A stretch of 62,619 nt of DNA, the filler included, from Vannella sp. (taxonomy: Eukaryota): NCBI GenBank assembly GCA_023345925.1. It is 7 parts of 7 records of this genome, joined end to end, with 100 filler letters (N's around TTAATTAATTAA, not from the genome) between each part and the next. Parts side by side here need not be neighbours in the genome. Positions count along the whole stretch, not along the records: positions 47,406 to 55,784 come from JAJQQN010000100.1; positions 55,885 to 62,619 come from JAJQQN010000093.1; 5 more parts are not named here. The stretch is one strand, 5' to 3'. Below, one piece after another: positions 49,342-62,161 of this stretch. Made by a program: the position numbers and the translations under genes. The stretch's first letter is position 1; every line of letters begins with the position of its first letter. The notes below the pieces were generated by a model. That model did no database searches. It was not told the DNA's origin and saw nothing but the letters and a program-made list of their open reading frames with translations.

Positions 49342-49485
49342 TCGGAGAGGCCTCCCAAATGATCTCCAAGGCTCTCATCTCAAGTACGACACTTCTATTG
49401 GGTCTTAGAGTCAGTGTAGATGTATTGAGGATCGCACAGGGAAGGGCACGAAGGCGCAGGGCTCATTTTCCCGCTCTTGTGCGTG

Positions 49486-51201
49486 ATGGAGGTTCTTTCG
49501 GTGGCTTTGGCGTCTTCTGAAGGAGCGCTGGCAGAGTTGGGCCGATTCAATGAAGCCAACGAGAGTGGCTTAGTGGGACACTCTGAGGAAGAGAAGGTGG
49601 CGTGCTTGAGTGCCCTTTTAGCCTTCCTTGGGAACACAAGCAACTCGGAAGCTCTCGCAGCGGCTCTCAAAGCCATGAGAATCCTCTGCCGCGAGAGAGC
49701 CGGGTTAGAAGCGCTCGAAGATGAGAAAGTAAGAGGTTCTCTCTCGTCCCCAAGCACTCTCCTCACGAGGAACAGAACCTTCAGCTCATTCTCGCCCTCT
49801 GCGGCTTAGGGGACGGCTCTGCGTCCCCCCCTGCCTCTGGCGTTGCTGTGGAAGGATGTAAGTGTCTTGTAAACATCATCATCCAGCACATGCGCAGCAC
49901 AGACTTCTTTGAAGCCCTTCTTCGCCTTCAGGCGCCACAGCGAGCTCTTGTTGCGTTGAAGGTGATCAGCTCACGGCACACAATCCTCTCATTCTCACTG
50001 TCCTCTCTCTTCTCTAGGATGAGCATCTCCCCGAGGGCTGCTACTTCCCTTTGATTCGCCTTCTTCTTCAGACCACGGGGCGGCACGAGGAGAGCAAGAA
50101 GATCGTTCAGGAGGCCTCGTTCATCCCAACTGTGGTCGAGGTGGGTTCTACTGCATAGTGGCTGCTTCCAGCATGCTCATGCGAGACGCTTTAGATCATT
50201 GTCCGCTTCTCGGAGCGGTATGATGAGACAGAGGCCCGTACAACCCTCAGAGACAGTCTCTCCCTTCTCTTTGTTCTCTCGCAGCATCTAGGACCTTTAG
50301 AAGGACCCATGGATCCCACAGACGACGAGATGGAAGCGTTCCGAAGGTCTGGTCGATCATTATTCCTCATGGAGGGGCTGACATGCTTCCCAGATTGATC
50401 CCCTTCCTCCAACGCTTCCTCGCACTCCCCAAAGAAGAGCTCATGGGTGAGCAGATGGCGTCCGCCTCCCTGAAGGCCATGATCAATGTGCCTTCCGCTC
50501 TTACGGATGACTTTGAGCACGAGAAGACCTTGAAGGACATGCTTGACTTTCTCATCCTCAACTTGAAGAGGGAAGAGGTGTAAGTGCACCATCGCAGTGC
50601 CAATGGGGCTTGTGTGAGCTCATCTCATCGCTCCTTCAAGGGAACCGGGGGATATCACGCCCGTCCTGTTGATTCTGACGTCAGTGAGTCGGGCCATCTC
50701 TGACTCACACCCTATCATGAAGGACGCTTTATTTCCAGGCTGGAGAACCTTCCAGGCAGCGGATAACCAGGTCGAGTACGCTGGGATAAGGGGAAGCCTT
50801 TGCTGTTCTCGCACTCACTGCCGGATTCAGTTTGCCAATACCACTCCAGGATCCTACTAGTCTGGGCCATCGACTGGCCAAGTTGGTGACAACTCCCAAT
50901 AGCGGACTTTCTCACTATGCAGCTGAACTGATGTTCTCTTTGTGTGATGAAGATGGTAAGGGCGTGCACTCTCGCAGATGTACGGACAGACTCACTCAAA
51001 CCTTACCGGGTAGCTGATGAATACGTCCGCCTGATTGGGATTGGTCACGCGGCGGGGCTTTTGGCCAATCGGGGCCTTCTTGGGAACATTCGTACCCAGT
51101 CAGCTCCGCGCACTGCTCCTCGCCAGCCCATTACCGATGAAGACGTAGAAAAGTGGAATGATTTGATGGACCGCTTGGAGCGTCACAATCAAGGCCAATA
51201 G
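49486..51201 (+). CDS. RIC8: Ric-8 (synembryn) G-alpha chaperone/GEF
   Basis: LKAMRILCRERAGL, EGCKCLVNII, AAELMFSLCDED, YVRLIGIGHAAGLLANRGL, LMDRLER; many introns. Confidence 0.85.
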
Positions 51202-51872
51202 ACCGAACCTTCTCTCACTCTGAAATCGACTTCCCCCTCAGGGGAGTAAATGCACTTCCTATTGTATAATAGGAGTTGACGGATGCCAGGACTCAACGAG
51301 TCATGTGTAGCTCCCTTGAGCCCTGGAATTGGGGGACAGTATCGACAAGAAGGAACTTGGAGCTTGGCTAAGGTAGACAATTTAGCGTCAAATGACTCGT
51401 CTATCCTCATGTCCCGCTGACGTGGCCGATGCTATTCTTCGCACTTTGGATAGTCTCGATAGGCTTTTCCTCATTCAGATCATCAGTACATCAGGCTTGG
51501 AGCACTCAACAAGTGACAAATGAACTCTTGCTTATCCTAAAGAGATGGAGCAGTCATTCCAACACTCACGAGTTCTGTCCCTTCTTCCCCTTCGCTGGGA
51601 CCAATGTCGGATTTCTGGCAACAGTCCCAATGTCATCTTCGGATGAACAATAACTACCATTCTCCTCTCCTCTATCCTTCTTACCTGTTCAGATCGTAGT
51701 TGAAAGCAGGGGACATGAAGGAGAGCCTCCAAAAGTGCAAAAAAACAACCTCGACTTTGAGAGAGGTACTCGTTTCAAAGCGTGACTCGGCCCGTTTGAA
51801 ACGAGAGGCAAAGTTAAGAGAGAAGGCGATGAGAGCCCAAAAGACAAGTCCAATAAGTCAGTTCATTCCCGC

Positions 51873-52687
51873 TTATTGGACACGATGATAGAAGGTGGTC
51901 TCTTCGTAATCCTCCTTTTGGGAAAGAAGGCGGTTCTGAAGGAGAATGTGCTTTTGGGCGAGGGCCTGTTGAGAGGGAGCGACTTTCGAGTTTTCGGTTA
52001 CTTCCGTTTCAGATAGGCTGCGAATGTATCGGGCAGGCTTGCCACCCCACACCTGGTTATCAGGTACGTGCGTTCCTTGACCAACATAGGAGCCCGCTTC
52101 CACACGAGCACCGTTACCAACAACAGCTCCATCAGCCACAACAGATCCCGCTCCAACCTCGCATCCATCTCCCAGAGTGCATGCGTGAATGACACAGCCT
52201 GGCTCTTTAGCCAATGTATGAGAAACGGTATAGATCTGTCCCAAGGGCTCACTCACCAACTACAACCGACTGGCCGATGAGGGTGGGGTTGGGTACACCA
52301 GACAAACTGTACTTGGAGGCTACGTGCACCACAGTGTTGTCTCCAATGCTTGATCCCTCTCCTATCTTGATCTTGTTGCAGTCTGCTCGAAGAACAGCTC
52401 CGTACCAGACCGAGACACCGGGAGCGAGGTGAACGTCGCCTACAATAGCGGCGTTGGGAGCCACGAAACTGGTTACATCGAGTCTTGGGTTCTTTCCAAA
52501 GAGTTTGTAGACTGGTTGGCGATTCACTGCAGCCCGGAAAGGGTGAGAGGGATAGGGTAGGATGGGAGGCTATCGTACAGAAGGTCTTGTAAGTTTCCAC
52601 CTCGTTAGTACGAAGTGCAACACGCTCGAGGGCTTGCCCACTCTCCCGAAGGGCACGCCCAAAGATGTACGAGAAGTTCTTCCACAT
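51873..52687 (-). CDS. Mitochondrial gamma-carbonic anhydrase family protein (complex I associated)
   Basis: GRALRESGQALER, FVAPNAAIVGDV, VWYGAVLRAD, IGDNTVVH, IHAC, VWGGKPARYIRSL; hexapeptide repeats; two introns. Confidence 0.92.
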
Positions 52688-52803
52688 GGCAGGGGTGGAC
52701 AAGCAGGCGGGCGGGCAGAGAAGGAATAAAGAGAAAAGTGAAGAAGATCACGAGCCGTGGGAAAGAAGGGCTTTAAAGTGGCAGTAGCGGGCCTCGAGCT
52801 GAT

Positions 52804-54058
52804 TTACATATCGGAAATGGTCGTGACGGTCTCGGAGGTGTCTTCGTCATCGTCGTCATCATCGCCATTTCGTAGCATTTGCACGAGGATGTCGATGTAG
52901 GTTTGGATGGTAGAGGCAATGATAGAGCCCTGCTTGGTTTCGAAAGTGTACTTCTCGGAGCTGCTTTGTGTCCCCACTTCAAAGGCGAACGTGCCTGACG
53001 AAGAGGCCCAACTCAGAATCTCCGTAAAGAAGTGCTCTGAAATGACTTGCTGTCATCCCTTTGTTGTTAGTAGTGCTCTAAATGAGCAAAAGGGGGCTTC
53101 CCACCTTGGTTTTGGGTTTAAGGAGGCGAATGCCTTCGTAGTTCACGCCGATCACCACTTTGCTGTGCAAGTTACGGCCAATACTCTTGCATGGAGGATA
53201 GAAAGTGCTGCCATAGTAACCCCAGCCTTTGACCGTGTTCAAGTAGTCCTTCTTTGCGTCCTCTTGACTCTTTCCAATGAGACTTTCGTGTCCTTCTAGA
53301 ATCGTCGTTGCCCAATCATGGGGCTTCTTCTGTCCGAAAAGGTTCTTGGGAACAAAGTCTGTGATGTTCGGTCTGTTCCCAACGGAGTGAGCGAGGAGTG
53401 AAAGAAGGAAATGATGCTCCATCCTTCCAAGGCCCTTAACCTACACAAGGAAAGCAGTATTGTGTACTGCATTGTTGTGATCACCGCATACAACCTGGCA
53501 CTGAAGGCTTGCGAGCTTGATGGCGTCGGGGACAGTAACGGGATACTCAGAGCTGATGACGCTGAAGAGGGCCTACGAAAGGGAACAGGACACGTCAGTA
53601 TCCATTTTACCTGATTTTCCTCTGCGAATGAGACACCTACCTGCTTGTATATCAAGTCTTTGGCGATGGTGTCCTCCATCTCCCTGTCATCGTCCTTGAG
53701 GAAAATCTTCTTCTTGAAGAGGAACATGGGCTCGATATCACTCTTCTTTCGCTCTGCCTTTTCCTTCTCCCATTGAAGCTGCAAATCGACGGGTTTTTCT
53801 TCAGGCTCGAGGCAACGTTCTGTCAAACGTGTAAGGAAGCATTCCAGCACCAAGACATGCACTGATATATCGAAAGGAAAGACAGTAGAACTCACCCCAA
53901 TCATCCTTCTTTTCGAAGAGAGCGAAACACGCGTCCTCTTTGAGGCCGATGCGGTCTACTACCAAGTCCCGCAGACCTGCAGCGGTGGTGTTTTGGTCTA
54001 CGCTGAATGCTTTGCAAGACTTGTCAATAAAGTGGACACGAACGACCTGTTTGCTCAT
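52804..54058 (-). CDS. Stand-alone FERM-domain protein (talin/MyTH4-FERM-like)
   Basis: F1 VRVHFID...FLFKKKIF; F2 YKQ...AIKLASLQCQ; F3 YYGSTFY, IGVNYEGI, ILSWA, FETKQG..I...IQTYI; acidic tail. Confidence 0.88.
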
Positions 54059-54248
54059 TCTCGCAGCGGTTCAAATGAGGACAGAGGCGCAGAGAAGGTG
54101 CCGGGTCGACGATGCCGCCAGGTGAATGAAACCCATTTATCAGAACAGGGGCAATTAAACCATTCTTTGTGATTTGGCGATCCAAAAGGAATGAAAATGG
54201 AAATGGGCGAAATAAGGCCGGTTTTACTGGATCAACGGGAGGAGAGGC

Positions 54249-55453
54249 TCACTTGGAGGCTGGTTTGAGGGCCAAAGTGAAGAAGGATGGCGTGAAGATC
54301 TCCTTCTCTCCACCCAGGGTCAGGTTGACAGCAGCAGTGTGGAGGAAGTCTTGGACGGCAGAAGTGCCGGGATTGAGGACTCGGAGCTTCTCCAAGGCGC
54401 CAAGGAAATTAGTGACAAACATGTGGCCGATTGCCGTGTGGTGAAAGTTGGTGATGTTGTAGCGAGCTGCAATGGGCTCATACCAGGCAATGTCGTTGGG
54501 GCAGAGTGGGAGGCATCGATCCTCTTCTGCGAGTATCTTATAGCCTGCTTCTTGTAAGGCACTGACAACCGCATCCGTGGTGGCGATATCTGGAAGCCCA
54601 TCACCCTCTTCAATGCCGCGCTTGATCGCCTTGTGCTCCTCGTTCTCAGGATCGTACTTTTTGGTAAGGCACCACTCATAGCTACCAAAGACACCTCCTG
54701 GCTTGAGGACACGGAGGATCTCTGAATAGCAAGCAACTTTGTCTGGTGCATGAGCTGTAGCTTCGATCTGGTAGATCGCATCAAAGTGGTTGTCCGGGAA
54801 GGGGACTGGAGGAGAATGACATTAGCAATCTCTGCTGCAACAGGGAAAAGCGGTGGGCTCCTTACTTTCCATAAAGTTTCCCTTGACAAAAGAGACTTGC
54901 TTCTCCAGCCCTGCGGCAGTGGTATGCCTTTCGGCACGGCTGATTTGATACGCATTGTTGTTGATTCCAATCACGTTGCATCCGCTAAAGCGAGAGATCT
55001 CGCGTGCTGGACCACCAACACCGCCTGAGGACAGGTTAGCTTCTTGGAGAGACAGAAGGGTAGCTTCTCTTACACCCAACATCAAGAACTGTCATTCCAG
55101 GCTTGAGACCCATTTGCAGGGCCAGCCAGTGCTCCGCACGGGCGATTGAAGCATAGAAGTTCTCTCCTCGATAGCGAGTGGCAAAGTGGAAGGACTGGCC
55201 CCATCCCCACTCGTAGAAGTCAGTAGCCAGATCATAGTATTGGTTGATCATCTGTTCACTTGGTCAATCCACCACTCGCAAGTTCACAAGTAATAGATCG
55301 CACCTCCGCATAGCCCTCCTTGCGAGAGTCTCCGTAGTCCCCAGCCTTGTCCTTGTGGTAGTTCAGGTAGCTGTCCACCGACTCCTTGACGTTGTCTTTG
55401 GCACCCGCTGCCTTGGGGATACGGTAAATAGGAGCGTCTCTGTCCGACTGCAT
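54249..55453 (-). CDS. SMT1: Sterol 24-C-methyltransferase (SMT1/ERG6)
   Basis: [52 protein letters not shown]; three introns. Confidence 0.95.
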
Positions 55454-55606
55454 CGCGGAAAGTGAAGCCGGAGTTTGAAAAGTCCCATCATGATTGGTCC
55501 TCCAGCTGGGACCACTCCATGCTGGCGCTTTTTCCCAGATAATCAAAGACATTGGCATTCTGGTTTCCGGTGACTTCCGGGTGACTTTGTTCATTCTTTG
55601 TTCGGG

Positions 55607-55784
55607 ATGCTGGGCAGAAGGGTTTGGGGCGTCGCTCGTAGGCTTCGGTGTGACGTGGTTCCACCACCGGAGAGGGGATCTCCGGAGAAGATGCGTGAGA
55701 GCATTAATCAGAAGATGCAGGAACAGATGCGGATGCGTGTCTCAACTCAGCGCGTTCAGTCTTCGGAAGCGAAGAGCTTTGGGG
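55607..55784 (+). CDS. Probable mitochondrial-targeted protein, 3'-partial
   Basis: ATG ORF with Arg-rich presequence-like MLGRRVWGVARRLR, divergent from SMT1, open to the contig edge. Confidence 0.45.
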
Positions 55785-55884
55785 NNNNNNNNNNNNNNNN
55801 NNNNNNNNNNNNNNNNNNNNNNNNNNNNTTAATTAATTAANNNNNNNNNNNNNNNNNNNNNNNNNNNNNNNNNNNNNNNNNNNN
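55785..55884. other. Artificial contig spacer
   Basis: N44-TTAATTAATTAA-N44. Confidence 0.99.
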
Positions 55885-55889
55885 GTTTT

Positions 55890-56025
55890 TATATGTCTTT
55901 AAGGGGGCCATTTTTCCTCAGGGAAAGGGTTGAAAGGAGCCAAAAAGTACCTCGCTTAAAACCCATCAAAAGTTCATTCGTAATGGTGCCACTCGAATTT
56001 GGAGCACATTTCAATGGAGGCCAGC
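55890..56025. repeat. Dispersed repeat B, copy 2 (Y then inverted X)
   Basis: TATATGTCTTTAAGGGGGCCATTTTTCC and TCGAATTTGGAGCACATTTCAATGGAGGCCAGC resemble 47872-47899 and the reverse complement of 47826-47858. Confidence 0.65.
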
Positions 56026-56151
56026 GGACGTGGTTGAGTGGGGCGGTGAATTCTCTCACCGGGAATTGGGACTCCACTTGAACAAGGGTCACAACGGCAT
56101 GAACAAGAAGAGGGTGCTTGAAGGAAAAAGAATGAAAACTATCATTTCTTG

Positions 56152-57636
56152 ATGCGCAGGCTCGGCGGGGTTCGTTGGGACAAGTCGTTCAGTACAGTGA
56201 CCATAGATGGGTCTTTACCCTCACAACCACCTTATCGGAGGCTCTTTGAGAACCAGGAGGCTGTAAGAGTCAACATAGCGCAAAGGAAAGCGGGGGGCGA
56301 CGTGGATCGCTTCGTGGAGTTGTACGGGAAGCGAGAGGCGATTCTCCAAAAGGTGGATGACAGAGACTGGCTCTCTACTGTATCACTCACTTGTTTGGGT
56401 GTAGGTTCAGCACATCCGAACCGAGCGGAACCTTCTGAAGAAGAAGCTCCAAGTAGCCCACTCTGGCGGCTCTTCAGAAGACAAGGAGGTCTTAGTGCAG
56501 GCTGGGTTGAAGATCAAAGAGGATCTAAGAATAGCAGAAGAAGAAGAGAGAGCGACAGCTTCTTCCATCCTCGCATGCGCTCTGGCAATCCCCAATGATA
56601 CCCATCCAGAAGCGCCAATCGGACCGGAAAGCCAGGCGAACATCCTCCGTACGGTTGATCCTGATGGGCTTATCGATCAACCAAGACCAAAAGGATGGCG
56701 TGATCACCTCACATTCCTCTTAGACAACAAACTGGCCGACTTTGAGCGTGGTTCATTGATCACAGGGAGCAAGTTTGTCTTCTTAAAGGGGGACGTTGCT
56801 CTTTTGGAGCTCGCATTGCAACAGTACGCTCTGGGGAAAGCTCTGGCTAACCCGACAGGCCCATTTCAGGTGATTGCCCCACCTGACTTAGCGCAATCGA
56901 CTTTTGTTGCAGCTTGTGGGTTTCAGCCCCGTGGGGAGCATTCTCAAGTATATTCTATTGAGGGAACTCCCATGTGCTTGATTGGAACTGCAGAGATCCC
57001 TTTAGCAGGTCTCTATGCCAACCAATTGATCGACAAATCAAAGTTGCCAGTGCGTTTAGTTGGTTACAGTCACTGCTTCCGCGCAGAAACCGGTGTGGGC
57101 TCCCATTCTAAAGGCCTCTACCGACTCCATCAATTCAGCAAAGTCGAACTGTTTTCTATTTCCTCCTCCGAGCAGAGTGACGAGCTTCATTTGCAGCTTC
57201 TGGAACTTCAAGAGTCGATTATTCAAGGGCTGGGTATTCCTTACAGGTAAGCCATTGAGACATAAGTGGAAAGGAAACAAATCTCATACTGTGCAGAGTT
57301 CTGGATATGCCAACGGAGGAGCTCGGAGCTTCTGCTTACCGGAAGTTTGATATTGAAGCTTGGATGCCTTCCCGCCAAGCTTTCGGAGAGATCTGCAGTG
57401 GCTCCAACTGCACAGACTATCAAAGTAGAAGGCTCAACATGCGCTATCGAGTAGAGCAAGGGGACAACCAATATTGTCACACTCTGAACGCAACAGCGTT
57501 GGCAGTGCCACGGATGATCATTGCAATTATCGAGAACTTTCAACAACCGGACGGAACTGTCATTATTCCAAAGGCGCTTCTTCCTTTCATGCATGGGCGC
57601 ACTCATCTTGGCACCCCAATCACCCCAAAAGAATAG
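56152..57636 (+). CDS. SARS2: Seryl-tRNA synthetase, mitochondrial type
   Basis: Presequence [85 protein letters not shown]; two introns. Confidence 0.93.
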
Positions 57637-57691
57637 ATCTTGGCCACTTGAACGAAGTTTAGAACTCAGCTGGATGGTCCTCTGGCTCCTT

Positions 57692-60601
57692 CTACATTTG
57701 AAGACCAGACAAATGCGAGATAAGGCATTGATTGTAATGGAACATGTTCTCCAGTCGCTGCCAAACGTCATCTTGCAAGGCCTTGATGCGGACAGACTGC
57801 TCATGAAGATCCTCATTCGAGGTGATCTCATCCGCATGAATCTGAACAAAATCAGCTCACAATCTTGTGCGAGGAGGTGTAAACTTACCTTGAGAGTGAC
57901 ATTCAAGAGTGCCTGAATGAGCTCAAAGCACAAATGCTCTCCCAAAGTGTATTCAATGAGATCAAAAAGTGGTTTGATCTGAGAGGCAAAGGTAAGTTGC
58001 CGGACCTCAAAGTCAATGGCACTTGGAGGCATCTCAGAAAGCATCTCAAGAGCTTGGTGATACGTTGAAGGAGACTGAAGCAGCCTGATGAAGGCGGTGT
58101 CCATGTTCATCTTTCCAAAGTTCAAAATACGGGAGCCACGGTCCTGCTCTTTGTTTTCTGACTCGTCCAACGGTAGGAATGTTGGAATCAGCGATGTTGT
58201 GGTTGGCAAGAGGAATGGCGCCAGTTTTGGGGCTTTGGGGGGTGCTTTTGGTTTGTTGCGAGCCTTAATTTGCTCCAAGTTGACGATAGTCTTGATTCTG
58301 TCGCGTGGAACTGAAGAGAAGGTCACCAACCCATCTGAGATCTTCAATGGAACAACTGAATTTGAGGTAGACAGCTTCGCCTTCTTGGCTGGAGGAGCAT
58401 CTTCTTCCTGGTCTTCATTCATGGGAGATCCAGATGGGGAGGATTCTTGATCTGACTCACCATCTTCCTCTACGGTCTCCTCGTGCTCGTTGGCAGCAAC
58501 AACTGCGGGCAGGTTGAGAATAGAGGGGGTTTTGCCCGGTGTTCGAAGGAATACGGTCGAGAATAGATTCTTGTTGGCCCACAAGAAGATTCCAACATTC
58601 CCTAACTGAGCTGTTGCAAGATATTCACCTGTGGGAGAGAACGTCAAAGATACAACGGGTGTAGCAGTCCTGAACCAGTCAATCATCTTCCCTGTGATGA
58701 TATCCCACACTCGCACGGTACAATCCAACGCTGAGCTGATCAGCCATCGAGAGTCGTGGCTGAAAGTCACGTCAGTGATTTGATTTGAGTGGCCAGCAAA
58801 GGTTCGAACGAGCCTCTTCGTCTCCATATCATACAAGCGGATTACTTGGTCATCGCAAATGACGACTAACATGTTACTCTCCCTCCTGAGATCCAATTGA
58901 ATGATTGGAGATTGCACGTCAATAGTCTCCAGCAGCTTGAGATTGTCAAAAGACCACAGTTTCAGAGTACCATCAAGGCTGCCAGATATGACCAACATGT
59001 TGAGTAAGTCACAAGCGAGGTCTGTGACAGACTCAGTATGGAACTCGCCTGGCACTTCTGTTGTCCCTCTCGTGAGACCGCTCTGGAGATTAAACTTGGT
59101 AACCTGTCCCTTGACATTGCCGCTAAAGCAGTAGTTTCCACACTGCGAGATACTAGCTGCTGTGACTGCCACTCTCTTACCACGAGTAGTGGCACCGAGT
59201 CGGTGTTCTCCCAGACGCTTATTCTGCCAACTCCAAGTTCTCCCGAACGGATGGTCCCGATGAATGGTAACAATGTTGTCCCAATCTCGCTCCCGAGTCT
59301 CGCTGATGACGAAAGAGGTGGCAACAGGGAGCTTCAAGTCCTCCGCCTTCAAATTGGCTTTGCGAGCGCGGCTTTGGATGTGCCCTTGGGAGAGCTCCTC
59401 ATTCTGCTGTGCTTGTTGAACATTGAACTTACGAATGGTTTTGTCTTCTCCCGCGCTGAGGATGAATCGACGATCCTTGTAGAACCGAATGTGAGTGGGC
59501 GGCTCATAGTGGCCTGCTCGAGACCGCAGGATCCGTGCAGAGTCATCTGATTGATCGAATATCCAAAGGCGAAGAGCGTTGTCGACTCCTGTGGAGATCA
59601 GAAGCGGTTCGTTGGGAACGAAGCGAACGTGGCAAACGGGCCCGTCATGCACGTCGTTGATGATCGTGGCGAGCTTCTTCTTCTCCAGATCCCATACTGC
59701 TATTTGACCGGAATAGTTTCCAGTGACAAGAGTCGGAGAGCGCTTGTCTACTCTGAAGGAGAGCGCCGTGATCGGTCCTCCCTCGGCGTGTAAGAACTGG
59801 GCGATCAGCTTATCCACTTTGATGTTCTTAATGACAACTCTTCCATCATCCAGACCCACTCCGATCACGTCGAGAGCAGGGGATTGGTCCATGCAAGTGA
59901 TCGCGTTGCCCAACGACGTGAATTGATGGATAAGCCTTTGCGATCGGATGTTCCACAGCTGCAAGAGACCCTCTTCACTTCCAAGAAGAACCTTATTCAA
60001 GTAGGTGTGCGGGTGCATGATGCAAGTCGGTGTAAACCCTTCAGGGAGTTCAATCGACCCAAAAAGTGCCACCTTAGGAGCCGTTGGGGTCCCATCTAAC
60101 GTCCATGTCTTCACACAACGGTCACCACTGACAGAGATCAAGATCTGCCCAAAGCGGAGGAGCAAATGGACTGCATCAAGATGCCCTGTCAGGGTCTCCT
60201 GCAATTGCCCTCGCACCCAGCAAAGAATATGAGGTCCACATGTGGTAAACACAGTACTCTCCCACATAGCAACAGCCGAGATCTTCCTCTCCTGCTGTCT
60301 ACCTAAAGCAACACGTCAGAATCTGAAAGAACGGAGAAGCCCGCCCCGCCATCGTACTATTAAAGACCATCCGTAAGTCCGAGAGCTGAAGGCTTCATTA
60401 GTAACAGGAAGGCCTCATGCTAGTGGGAGCACCTACGCGGTATTGATGATAACTATTCCCGATCGAAGTGGTGATCAATGACTCGTTCACCCCGCCATAA
60501 TGAAAGTCAAACGGTACGTGATCACACACAAACCCTACCGCCTGATAAGGACGAAACAGTTGGCTCTCCGCCGCACTGTCCTTTCCCAAACTCGCAGGCA
60601 T
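57692..60601 (-). CDS. WDR36: U3 snoRNP WD40 protein WDR36/Utp21
   Basis: LFRPYQAVG, HPHTYLNKVLLG, QSPALDVIGVG, ELSQG, RERDWDN, RNKPKAPPKAPKLAPFLLPT, PPSAIDFEVR; three introns. Confidence 0.94.
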
Positions 60602-60838
60602 GAGGACCAGAAGAAAGTAAACTCCTCATCATCCCCAAATAATTCCTCCTTTTCCACAACTGTTTGAAATTTAATTATGAAGAACGATTATGCCAGGAAT
60701 TATGTCCAAACTGGTACTTACCCGCAGCCCAAAATAATCACATGATTATTGTGCCCTGTTATGCCTAACCATTCGGGATCTTCCCACTCGCGGGCTTTAT
60801 GGGGACTTTCATACTCATTAGCTTGGTGAGAACAGGTG

Positions 60839-62161
60839 ATGAGAGGGGTGGTTCTCTTGATCTGCGCTCTAGCCTTCGGATATGCGGTCGGCAGCGTGCA
60901 AAATGTGAGAATAGCCTTGGCTGGTGATGTCTCTCGGATGGCGATCGTTTGGATCACGGGAGAAGAGACTTTGACTAGCACTGTCTTCTATGGCACCAGT
61001 GCTACTTCTCTGAACCTCCAGGCATCCTCTGATTCGCAGACCTCGTACAGCAGCACCGCTGGTTGGAACCACAAAGTGATTTTGACCGGTTTGGCTCCTG
61101 CCACGACCTACTACTATCAAGCAGGGGACAAGGTAGACGGCTTCTCTGCTGTATTCTCCTTTACCACACGTCATACGTCCTTCGTACCTCACACAGTGGT
61201 TGCCTACGGTGATATGGGAGTCGATAACTCCAACGGCACGATGACCCAGCTCATTAGAGGCAGTGAAGCAGGAGCGTACGACCTTGTGATCCATATGGGA
61301 GACATCTCTTATGCAAACGATCATTCTGCTCAGTTCGAGGAGACTTGGACGACTTGGTTGACTGAGATGCAACCCGTCATGGCTAATGTCCCTTACATGG
61401 TAGCTCCAGGCAACCACGAGAGCGTTTGCAAAGCACTCCATTGCGCCCTTCAAACATCCAACTTCACCACGTACAAGCAGAAGTTCAGAATGCCTGGTCC
61501 CGAGAGTGGCACTGACACAAACATGTTCTACAGCTTCGACTACTACAACATCCACTTTGTAGCCATCAGCTCCGAATCAGACTATCCTGGTGCGCCTCCC
61601 ATTGAGTCCGCCTCTCCAGACCACCCTCCTTCGCCCCCTTCCAATGAGTCGTCAAGCTACTTCCAGATCAATTGGCTGCGAAAGGACCTTGCCAAAGCGA
61701 ATGCCAATCGCCACAATGTGCCGTGGATCGTTGTCTTTGGCCATCGCCCAATCTATGCTCAACTACTGGAACAGGATGGCATCCCCATTGGAACGTCCTT
61801 GCAGGTGCAAGCCTTCCTTGAGCCCATTCTGAAAGAGTTTGAAGTGGATGTGTATCTGACTGGCCATGTCCACGCTTACCTTCGCACATATCCAACCTAC
61901 AACAACACGGTCACTTCTTATGACTATGTGGACCCTCCATCTACCGTGCATATCTGTGCTGGTGGAGCGGGTAATGTTGAAGGAATCTCGACCTTTACAG
62001 ACTTCCCTTCTTGGTATGCCGCTGGAAACGACAAAGACTTTGGTTTTGGAGCGTTCGTGGTGGACGAGGAATCTGGAATTCTCACTTGGAACTATTACCT
62101 CTCAAAGAATGGCGAGCTCGCAGACACGTTCTCCATCACTAAAACATCCCACCGTAGATAA
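60839..62161 (+). CDS. Secreted purple acid phosphatase (FN3-like N-domain plus metallophosphoesterase)
   Basis: Signal peptide; metal ligands GDMG, GDISY, GNHE, VFGHRP, GHVH; intronless. Confidence 0.94.
   Translation: MRGVVLLICALAFGYAVGSVQNVRIALAGDVSRMAIVWITGEETLTSTVFYGTSATSLNLQASSDSQTSYSSTAGWNHKVILTGLAPATTYYYQAGDKVDGFSAVFSFTTRHTSFVPHTVVAYGDMGVDNSNGTMTQLIRGSEAGAYDLVIHMGDISYANDHSAQFEETWTTWLTEMQPVMANVPYMVAPGNHESVCKALHCALQTSNFTTYKQKFRMPGPESGTDTNMFYSFDYYNIHFVAISSESDYPGAPPIESASPDHPPSPPSNESSSYFQINWLRKDLAKANANRHNVPWIVVFGHRPIYAQLLEQDGIPIGTSLQVQAFLEPILKEFEVDVYLTGHVHAYLRTYPTYNNTVTSYDYVDPPSTVHICAGGAGNVEGISTFTDFPSWYAAGNDKDFGFGAFVVDEESGILTWNYYLSKNGELADTFSITKTSHRR

Noticed and set aside
54741..54770. 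SMT motif IEATAHAP instead of IEATCHAP
   Set aside because: A single small substitution with all other SMT motifs intact; insufficient to infer altered function.
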